64,000 nucleotides of DNA from Squalus acanthias (Eukaryota): NCBI GenBank assembly GCA_030390025.1, contig JASTWF010000033.1, positions 6,636,001-6,700,000 on the forward strand, in the 5' to 3' direction. Made by a program: the position numbers and the translations under genes. The notes under the pieces were generated by a model. It did not search any database and had not been told where the DNA came from. It was given only the letters and a program-made list of their open reading frames with translations. Of this stretch, positions 35,806 to 46,413 are shown piece after piece; positions within the stretch are counted from its first letter, which is position 1, and every line of letters starts with the position of its first letter.

Positions 35806-38418
35806 GCACTTCAATCTAATACATATCATCAATCCAATAAAGCACTTCAAATCTAACACAGCACTTTTAACAACTAACGCACTTCAATCTAACACAGCAC
35901 TTCAATCTAATGCAGCACTTCAATCCAATACAGGCCTTCAATCTAATACAGCCAATAATTCTAATACACCACTTCAATTTAATATAGCACCTCAAATCTA
36001 ATACTGCACTTTAACGAACTATGGCAGTTGAATCGACTGCAGCACTTCAATCTAATGGAATACTTCAATCTAATGCAGCACCACAATCCAATACAGCACT
36101 TCAATCTAATACAGCACAGCATTCAAATACAGCACATCAATCTAATACAGCACTTCAGTCTAATACAGCAGTTGAATCTAACACAACACTTCACTCTAAT
36201 ACAGCACTTCAATCTAATATAGCTCTTCAATCCAATACAGCACATCATTCTAATACAGCACTTCAATCTAACACAGCCCTTCAATCTATTACAATACTTC
36301 AATCTAATACAGCACTTCAATCTAACACAGTCCCTCAATCCAATACAGCACTTCAATCCAATACAGCACTTCAATCTAATACAACACTTCTATCAAATAC
36401 ATTACTTCAATCCAATACATCACTTCAATCTAATAGAGCAGTTCAATCTATTACAGCACGTCAATCTAATACAGCAATTCAATCTAATTGAGAACTTCAA
36501 TCTAAAACAACACTTCAATCTAATACAGCACTTCAATCGAATATGCACTTCAATATAATACAGCACTTCTATCTAATACAGCACTTCAATCTAATACAGC
36601 ACTTCAATCTAATACAGCACTTCAATCTAATACAGCACTTCAATCTAATACAGCACTTCAATCTAATACAGCACTTCAATCTAATACAGCACTTTAATCT
36701 AATACAGCAGTTCAATCTATTACAGCACGTCAATCTAATACAGCAATTCAATCTAATTGAGAACTTCAATCTAAAACAACACTTCAATCTAATACAGCAC
36801 TTCAATCGAATACTGCACTTCAATATAATACAGCACTTCTATCTAATACAGCACTTCAATCTAATGCAACACTTCAAATCTAATCCAGCACTTTAACCAA
36901 CTACCGCACTTCAATCTAATTCAGCACTTCAATCTAATACACAACTTCAATCTAATACAGCACTTCAATCTGATACAGCACTTCAGTCTAATACAGCATT
37001 TCAAACTAATATTGCACTTCAATCTAACACAGCACTTCAATCTAATACAGCACTTCAATCTAATACAGCACTTAAGTCTGATATAGCAGTTCAACATCAT
37101 ATAGCACTTCAATCGAATACAGCACACAATACTAATACAGCTCTTCAATCGAACACAGCACTTCAATCCAAGACATCACTTCAACCAATACAGCACATCA
37201 ATCTAATAAAGCACATCAATCCAGTCGAGCACTTTAATCTAATACAGCAGTTCAATCTAATACAGCCCTTCAATCTAATACAGCTCTTCAATCTAATACA
37301 GCACTTCAAGCTAATACAGCATTTCAATCCAAGACATCACTTCAATCTAACACAGCGCTTCAATGTAATACAACACTTCAATCTGAAAGGTCCCTTCAAT
37401 CTAATACAGCACATCAAAATAATACAGCACTTCAATCTAATACAGAACTTCGATGTAATACAGCACTTTAATCTAATACAGCTGTTCAATCTATTACACC
37501 ACGTCAATCTAATACAGCAATTCAATCTAATAGAGAACTTCAATCTAAAACAGCACTTCAATCTAATACAGCACTTCAATCGAATACTGCACTTCCATAT
37601 AATACAGCACTTCTATCTAATACAGCACTTCAATCCAAGACATCACTTCAATATAACACAGCACTTCAATGTAATACAGCTTCTTAAATCTGAAAGATCC
37701 CTTCAATCTAATACAGCACATCAAACTAATACAGCACTTCAATCTAATACAGCACTTCGATTTAATACAGCACTTTAATCTAATACAGCAGTTCAATCTA
37801 TTACAGCACGTCAATCTAATACAGCAATTCAATCTAATTGAGAACTTCAATCTAAAACCGCACTTCAATCTAATACCGCACTTCAATCGAATACTGCACT
37901 TCAATATAATACAGCACTTCTATCTAATACAGCACTTCAATCGAAAGCAACACTTCAAATCTAATCCAGCACTGTAACCAACCAGTGCACTTCAATCTAA
38001 TTCAGCACTTCAATCTAATACACAACTTCAATCTAATACAGCACTTCAATCTGATACAGCACTTCAGTCTAATACAGCAATTCAATCTATTATTGCACTT
38101 CAATCTAACACAGCTCTTCAATCTAACACAGCAATTCAATCCAAGACATCACTTCAACCAATACAGCAGTTCAATCTAATACAGCCCTTCAATCTAATAC
38201 AGCTCTTCAATATAATACAGCACTTCAAGCAAATACAGCATTTCAATCCAAGACATCACTTCAATGTAACACAGCACTTCAATGTAATACGGCTTCTTAA
38301 ATCTGAAAGATCCCTTCAATCTAATACAGCACATCAAACTAATACAGCACTTCAATCTAATACAGCACTTCGATGAAATACAGCACTTTAATCTAATACA
38401 GCAGTTCAATCTATTACA

Positions 38419-38693
38419 TGATGTGCAACAACCAAACTCAACTGCAGAGGATATGCAGCCAGCAGGTGTTTTGACACGTTGGACCCCCTGGGACACATCT
38501 CATTGTCTTGGCTGTGCTCTTAGTGTGTCTTTGATGTAGAGAAAGATTTGAATACATTTTTTCTGTGTTTATATTGTGAATTCTGGGAGATTCTCTCACA
38601 GCTACTCTACCTGAGGAAGGGGCGACAGCTCCGAAAGCTTGTAATTTTAAATAAATCTGTTGGACTATAACCTGGTGTTGTGCGACTTCTCAT
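38419..38693 (+). mobile_element. Penelope-like element terminal fragment (pLTR) inserted in satellite B
   Basis: Near-identical in reverse complement to ~61138-61385. Carries a CTGAGGA...GAAA core at 38611-38636. TTCAATCTATTACA is duplicated on both sides (38405-38418 and 38694-38707). Confidence 0.82.
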
Positions 38694-39507
38694 TTCAATC
38701 TATTACAGCACGTCAATCTAATACAACAATTCAATCTAATTGAGAACTTCAATCTAAAACCACACTTCAATCTAATACAACACTTCAATCGAATACTGCA
38801 CTTCAATATAATACAGCACTTCTATCTAATACAGCACTTCAATGTAATGCAACACTTCAAATCTAATCCAGCTCTTTAACCAACTACCGCACTTCAATCT
38901 AATTCAGCACTTCAATCTAATACACAACTTCAATCTAATACAGCACTTCAATCTGATACAGCACTTCAGTCTAATACAGCAATTCAATCTAATATTGCAA
39001 TTCAATCTAACATAGCACTTCAATCTAATACAGCACTTCAATCTAATACAGCACTTCAGTCTGATACAGCAGTTCAACCTCATACAGAACTTCAATCTAA
39101 TACAGCACACAATACTAATACAGCACTTCAATCTAAAAAAGCACTTCAATCCAAGACATCACTTCAACGAATACAGCACATCAATCTAATACATCACCTC
39201 AATCCAGTCGAGCACTTTAATCTAATACAGCATTTCAATCTAATACAGCCCTTCAATCTAATACAGCACTTCAAGCAAATACAGCATTTCAATCCAAGAC
39301 ATCACTTCAATCTAACACAGCACTTCAATGTAATACAACACTTCAATCTGAAAGATCCCTTCAATCTAATACAGCACATCAAACTAATACAGCACTTCAA
39401 TCTAATACAGCACTTCGATGTAATACAGCACTTCAATCAAATAGAAAACGTTAATCTCATAAGGCACTTCAATCTAATACAGCACTTCAATCTAATAGAA
39501 CACTTCA

Positions 39508-40656
39508 TGGGATAAAGAGGAAAGTATTGACGTGGATAGAGAACTGGCTGTCAGATAGAAAACAGAGAGTTGGAATAAACGGCTCATTTTCTGAATGGCA
39601 GGCAGTAACAAGTGGGGTACCACAGGGATCTGTCCTGGGTCCCCAGCTGTTCACAATTTACATTAATGACCTGGATCAGGGAGTCGGATGCAGCATTTCC
39701 AAATTTGCAGACGACACTAAACTAGGAGTGGGGGTGGGCTCAGAGGAGGAGACCAGGAAGCTCCAGAGCGATTTGGACAGACTGGGTGATTGGGCGGATA
39801 AATGGCAGATGCACTATAATGTGGACAAGTGCGAAGTTATCCACCTTGGGTGCAGGAACGGGAGGGCAAATTATTATTTAAATGGCAATAAATTGGGAGA
39901 GGGGGAAGTACAGAGAGACCTGGGTGTTCTTGTACACCAGTCACTGAAGGCGAGCATGCAGGTGCAACAGGCGGTCCAGAAGGCAAACGGTATGCTGGCC
40001 TTCATAGCAAAAGGGTTGGAATACAGGAACAGGGATACCTTGCTGCAGCTGTACAGGGCACTGGTGAGACCACACCTCGAGTACTGTGTACAGTTTTGGT
40101 CGCCTCATCTGAGGAAAGATGTTCTTGCCATGGAGGGGGTGCAGCGGCGATTCACCAGGCTGATACCAGGAATGGCGGGATTGACCTATGAGGAGAGACT
40201 ATGTAGTTTAGGGATGTACACACTGGAGTTTAGAAGATTGAGAGGGGACCTCATAGAAGTGTATAAAATTCTGACAGGTCTAGACAGACTAGATGCAGAA
40301 GGAATGTTTCCCTTGGCGGGTGAGAACAGAACTAGAGGACATAATTTAAGGATAAGGGCTAAACCATTTAGGACAGAAATTAGGGGGAATTTCTTCACTC
40401 AGAGGGTGGTGAACCTGTGGAACTCATTGCCACAGAGGGCAGTGTACGCCAGCTCATTAAATATATTTAAGAGGGAATTAGATATATTTCTACAGGCAAA
40501 AGGGGTTAAGGGTTACGGAGAGAAGGCGGGGACGGGATACTGAATTGGAGGATCAGCCATGATCTCATTAAATGGCGGAGCAGGCTCGAAGGGCTGGATG
40601 GCCTATTCCTGCTCCTATCTTCTATGTATCTATGTATCTATCTATGTATCTATGTA
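39508..40656 (+). mobile_element. Young 5'-truncated CR1 (RT C-terminal half), inserted in satellite B
   Basis: Uninterrupted 338-codon frame with GVPQGSVLGP, FADDTKL and NLWNSLP. Ends in a (TATCTATG)n tail. Confidence 0.96.
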
Positions 40657-43600
40657 TCAATCTAATACAACGCCTCAATATAATACAAAAATTCAATATA
40701 ATAGAATACTTCAATCTTCTTCAATACTTCAATCTAATACAACACTTGAATCTAATACAACACTTCCATCGAGTACAGAACTTCAATCCAATACAGCACC
40801 TCAATCAAAAGCAGGACTTCAATCAAATAAAGCACTTCATTCTAATATGGCAATTAATTCCAATAAAACACTTCAATCTAATACAACACTTCAATCTAAT
40901 AAGGCACTTAAATCGAATAAGGCACTTCAATCTAATAATGCACTTCAATCTAATACAGCCCCTCAATCTTTTACAGCACTTCAATCTATTACAGCACTTC
41001 AATCTAATACAAAACTTCAATCTAAAACAGCACTTCAATCTAATACAGCCCTCCAATCTAATACAGCACTTCAATGTAATGCAGCACTTCAATCTAACAC
41101 AGCACTTCAAGCAAATGAAATACTTCATTTTAATACAGTACTTCAATCTTTAACAGCACATCAATCTAATAAAGCATTTCAAGCTAATATAGCACTTAAT
41201 TCTAACACACTTCAATCTAGTTCAACACTTCAATCTAATACAGCACTTCAACCTGATACAGAGCTTCAATCTAATACAGCCATTCAATCCAATACATGAC
41301 TTCAGTCTAATACAGCACTTCAAACAACTGCAACACTTCAATCTAGTACAGCACTTCAATCTAAAACAACACTTCAATCTGATACAGCACTTCAATCTAA
41401 TACAACACTTCAATGCAATATAGCACCTCAATGTAATATTACACTTCAATCTAAGACAGCACTTCAATCTAATACAGCACGTAAATCTAATACTGCACTT
41501 CAATCGAATACAGTACTTCCAAGTAATACAGCATTCCAATCTAATATAGCACTTCAATTAAGGCAGCACTTTTATCGAAAGCAAAGCTTCAATCTAATAC
41601 ATCACTTCAATCTAAAACAGAACTTCCATCCAACACAGCACTTCAATCAAATACAGCACTTAAATCTAATACAGCACTTCAATCTGATACAGGCTTTCAA
41701 TGTAATACAGCACTTCAATCTAATACAGCACTTCAATCTAATATAGCTCTTATACCTAATAGATTACTTCAAACTAAAAAAGACCTTCAATCTAATACAG
41801 CACTTCAATCGAAAGCAAAGCTTCAATCGAATACAGCCCTTCAATAAAATGCAACACTTCAGTCTAATGCAGCACTTCATCTAATACAACACTTTAGTCT
41901 AATACAGCACTTCAATCTAATACAGCACTTCAATCAAATACAGCACTTCCATCTAATACACCAGTTCAATCTAATACAGCCCTTCAATCTAATACAGCTC
42001 TTCAATCTAATACAGCACTTCAATCTAACACAGCACTTCAATGTAATACAGGACTTCAATCTGAAAGAACCCTTCAATCTAATACAGCTCAACAAACTAA
42101 TACAGCACTTGGATGTAATACAGCACTTCAATCAAGTAGAAAACGTCAATCTAATAAGGCACTTCAATCTAATACAGCACTTCAATCTAATAGAACACTT
42201 CAATCTAATACAACGCCTCAATCTAATACAGCAATTCAATATAATAGAATACTTCAATGTTGTACAACACTTCAATCTAATACAACACTTGAATCTAATA
42301 CAACACTTCCATCGGGTACAGAACTTCAATCTAATACAGCACTTCATTCTAAAATGGCACTTAATTCTAATAAAACACTTCTATCTAATACAAAACTTAA
42401 ATCTAATAAGGCACTTAAATCTAATAAGGCACTTCAATCTAATAATGCACGTCAATCTAATACAGCACTTCAATCTAACACAGCACTTCAATCTAACACA
42501 GCCCTTCAATCTATTACAGCACTTCAATCTAATACAACACTTCAATCTAACACAGCACTTCAATCTAATACAGACCTTCAATCTATTACAGCACTTCAAT
42601 CTAATACAACACTTCAATCTAATACAGCACTTCAATCTAATACAGCCCTCCAATCTAATACAGCACTTCAATGTAATGCAACACTTCAATCTAACACAGC
42701 ACTTCAAGCAAATGATATACTTCATTTTAATACAGTACCTCAATCTATAACAGCACATCGATCTAATAAAGCATTTCAAGCTAATATAGCACTTAATTCT
42801 AACACACTTCAATCTAGTTCAACACTTCAATCTAATAAAGCACTTCAATCTGATACAGAGCTTCAATCTAATACAGCCCTTCAAACCAAAACATGACTTC
42901 AATCTAACACAGCACTTCAACAAACAACTGCAACACTTCAATCTAGTACAGCACTTCAATCTCAAACAACACTTCAATCTGATACAGCACTTCAATATTA
43001 TACAACACTTCAATGCAATATAGCACCTCAATGTAACATTACACTTCAATCTAAGACAGCACTTCAATCTAATACAGTACTTCCAAGTAATACAGCACTC
43101 CAATCTAATATAGCACTTCAATTAATGCAGCACTTTTATCGAAAGGAAAGCTTCATTCTAATACATTACTTCAATCTCAAGCAGAACTTCCATCTAACAT
43201 AGCACTTCAATCAAATACAGCACTTAAATCTAATACAGCACTTCAATCTAATACAGCACTTCAATCGAATACAGCACTTCAGTCCAATACAGCACTTCAA
43301 TCTAATAAAGCTCTTCAATCTAATATAGCTATTCAATCTAATACGGCACTTCAATCTAATACAGCTCTTCAATCTCATACAGAACTTCAATCTTAAACAG
43401 CCTTTCAATCTAATACAGCCCTTCAATCAAATACAGGAGTTCAATCTCATGCAGCACTTCAATCTAATAGAGAACCTCAATATTAAATAGCCCTTCAATC
43501 TAATAGAGCCTTCAATCTGATACAGGCTTTCAATGTAATACAGCACTTCAATCTAATACAGCACTTCAATCTAATACAGCTCTTCAACCTAATACAGTAC

Positions 43601-43959
43601 TTCAAACGAAAAAAAGACCTTCAATCTAATGCAGCACTTCAATCGAAAGCAAAGCTTCAATCTAATACAGCCCTTCAATATAATACAACACTTCAGTCTA
43701 ATACAGCACTTCAATCTAATACAACACTTCAATCCAATACAGCACTTCAATCTAAGTCAGCAATTGAATCTAATACTGCGCTTCAACCTGATACATCAGT
43801 TCAATCTCATACAACACTTCAATCTAAAACAGCTCTTGAAAATAACACAGCACTTCAATCTAATAAAACACTTCAATCATCCAGCACGTCAATCTAACAG
43901 CGGAACTCCGAGTCCAAATCACAGAGACGTAACAATTTCAATTGATTATAGTCACTCAC

Positions 43960-44113
43960 CTGGAGCACAAATGACTGCAAGAATGAAGTAGTATATGGTG
44001 CTGATGGTGTAAAATGTTGCCAACACTTTCTGTGTGAAGCGATCTGCCACTTCGTGCTGCAGGTAATCTCTCTGAATTAATCTCTGAAGCAATACATTCC
44101 CAGAGCCTTCCAT
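43960..44113 (-). CDS. Exon 1 of a second GPR139-like GPCR (not in the ORF track); partner exon not found in the window
   Basis: ATG at 44113 opens MEGSGNVLLQRLIQRDYLQHEVADRFTQKVLATFYTISTIYYFILAVICAP plus 1 nt, then the donor G|GTGAGT (phase 1). The end aligns with IYYFILAVICAP against ICYVIIAVIGVP of the plus-strand exon 1, at the same intron position and phase. Confidence 0.82.
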
Positions 44114-44620
44114 TTATACACTGTAGTATGCCCAATGGGACAGTTGGGTACCAACATCGCTTAATAGTTCTTGTTGTTTGAAGAAATATTTGTTAACCGA
44201 TTTGAGATCCTGCTCTGAGGAAATCCCCAATGACTGAACCATTCTGATATATATTCGGGCATTACTTTAAAATTTAACTCTACATTCGCAAAACAATGTG
44301 CTATTTATTTTATCAAGATGGGGCTCATCAGTAAATTTCACGTTGCTTCCATGATATTCTGCACCCTACTGTGTTAATTCAAAATCCAATTGCACCTTGT
44401 TTGTTCCTCTCTGGAGGCTTCTATACCGCAGTTCTGCTTTTGTCTGACTATTTTACTTGGTGCAATTTAGTTTTCAGGTTAAATTATTGGGTTTGCTTCT
44501 CTGGTCTAGAGAATTAATCTGTCCTACCTTTTCTTACAAGATTGTGCATTTTCATCTTAAATAATTATTGTATTTCTACTAATGAAATACGTCGCAACAA
44601 TACATCTCTAAAGCTGCAAT

Positions 44621-44675
44621 TAACGCAGCCCATAAATCTAACACAGCTCCTCAAAGTAATTCAGCACCTCAAACT
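44621..44675 (-). repeat. Three-monomer remnant of satellite A type
   Basis: The reverse complement AGTTTGAGGTGCTGAATTACTTTGAGGAGCTGTGTTAGATTTATGGGCTGCGTTA resembles satellite A, including the GCTGAATTACTTTG variant seen near 16388 and 18036. Confidence 0.75.
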
Positions 44676-45525
44676 TGCAGAATGGGTACATAATTGTCAA
44701 ATAAATATTAGCACAGATAAGTGTGAGATATTGCATTTAGTTGAGAAAAATAAGGAGGTCACATATTACATGGAAAATAAGAAACTAAATAGGAGAGTGG
44801 AGCAAAGCGATCTGGGAGTGCAAATACACAAATCACTTCAAATAGAGACGCAGGTTCATAAATCATAAAAAGCAAACCACGCGCTAGGGTTTATTACTAG
44901 AGGGATAGTATTGAAAAGTAGAGAAGTTATGAGAAATTTGGATTGAATCTTGGCTGGACTACACGTAGATCACTGTGTATAATTCTGGGCGCCATATTAG
45001 AAAAATAATATAGAGGCACTGGAAATGGGGAAAAAAAAGATTTACAAGGATGATACAAGAGATGCGAGCTTATACCTATCAGAATAGGATGAACAGGCTG
45101 TGTCTCTTTACTCTTGAAAAGAGAAGGTTGAGGTGTGACCTAATTGAGGTCTTTAAAATTATGAAAGTTTTTGATAGCGTAGATAAAGAGGGAGTGTTTC
45201 CACTTGTGGGGAAGAGAAAAACTAGAGTCCTTAAATAAAAGATAGTCACCAAGAAATCAAACTGGGGATTCAGAAGAAGCTACTTTAAACAACGAATGGT
45301 GAGAATGTGGAACTCACTGCCATAGGCACTGGTTGAGGCAAATATTAATGGGGAAGCTAGATAAGCACATGAGGGAGAATGGAATAGTGGATTATGCTCC
45401 CAGATGCCTTTCCTATTCTAGGATAGAGTTCGACGAGCAATTATGGGAGGAGGCTCGCCTGGAGCATAAAACCTGGAATGGATGATAGGCCGAGTGGCCT
45501 CTTTCTTTGCTGTATGTTCTCCGTA
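44676..45525 (+). mobile_element. Old CR1 3' fragment
   Basis: DKCEILHL...DLGVQIHKSL and FTLEKRRLRCDLIEVFKIMK, followed by a 3' UTR. Confidence 0.85.
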
Positions 45526-45666
45526 ATTTTATGTGATCATAGAATCATGGATTAATCCATCACAGAAGTATTTTTACTCCCAGATGTATTTTCTATTCGA
45601 TCGCATTTACATTCTTACTTTCAAAGTATGTGACCTCCTTAATTTTCTTAACAAAATGTATTTGTC

Positions 45667-45933
45667 AGCCGTGGCTCAGTGGGTAGCACTCTTGCGTCTG
45701 TGTCAGGAGTTAGTGGGTTCACAGTCCTACTCCAGAGACTTGAGCACAGAAATCCAGTCGGGCTGTACAATGGTAATGCTGCACTGTCCGAGGTGCTGGC
45801 TATCAGATGAGAAGTTAAGCTTAGATCCCGTCTGCTCTCTCAAGTGGACGGAAAAGTTCCCATGACAATATTTTGAAGAGGAGCAGGGGTGTTATCTCCG
45901 GTGTTCTGGCCAATATTTATCCCTCAATCAACG
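45667..45933 (+). mobile_element. tRNA-headed Deu-domain SINE (SacSINE1-like), 5' part
   Basis: A-box-like TGGCTCAGTGGG head, then GCACTGTCCGAGGTGC...GATGAGAAGTTAA...GAAGAGGAGCAGGGG...GGCCAATATTTATCCCTCAA, which matches my recollection of the Deu domain. Confidence 0.75.
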
Positions 45934-46396
45934 CGGGAATGCTAGCATAGTGGTTATGTTACTGTACTAGTAATCCAGAGGCCTGGACTAATAATCTGGA
46001 GACATCAGTCCAAATCTCTCTCCGGTAGCTGGGGAGTTTCAAATCAGATAATTAAATAAATCGGGAATATAAAAGCGAGTGTCAGTAATGATCACCATGA
46101 AACTAGCGGAATTCCGTTAAAACCCATCTGGTACATAATGTCCTTCAGACAAGGAAATCTGCGGTCCTTACCTGGTCTGGTATATATGTGACACTTAACT
46201 GCACCCTGAAATGGCCTAGCAAGCCATTTAGGTGTACCATATCGCTACGTTAAAGTCAGCACTGTGGGAGAACCTTCACCAATCGGACTCCAGCGGTTCA
46301 TAAGGCAGCCCACCACCACCTACTCAAGGGCAATTAGTGATGGAAATAAATGCCGGCCTTACCAGCGCAGCCCACATCTCGTGAAAGAATAAAAAA
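45934..46396 (+). mobile_element. Second tRNA-derived SINE nested in the Deu-SINE
   Basis: TAGCATAGTGG A-box-like head. Its 3' tail (CAGCACTGTGGGAG...CAGCGGTTCA...AATAAATGC...CCCACATC) matches the 3' end of the LINE at 58888-59020. Confidence 0.72.
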
Positions 46397-46413
46397 TCCT
46401 AACAAACAGATTA

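Larger units (their letters stand above)
35806..43900 (-). repeat. Satellite B: 18-bp array (plus-strand CTAATACAGCACTTCAAT), an inverted relative of satellite A
   Basis: The monomer is directly visible. Its reverse complement ATTGAAGTGCTGTATTAG matches the satellite A consensus at 15/18 positions. Confidence 0.97.

Noticed and set aside
1..43900. CRISPR array or telomeric repeat interpretation of the arrays
   Set aside because: There are no unique spacers or cas genes and the context is eukaryotic. The monomer contains TTAG but not (TTAGGG)n.
35756..43991. (QSNTAL)n, (LIQHFN)n and (LKCCIR)n ORFs
   Set aside because: Same artefact from satellite B; several frames on both strands are open at once.
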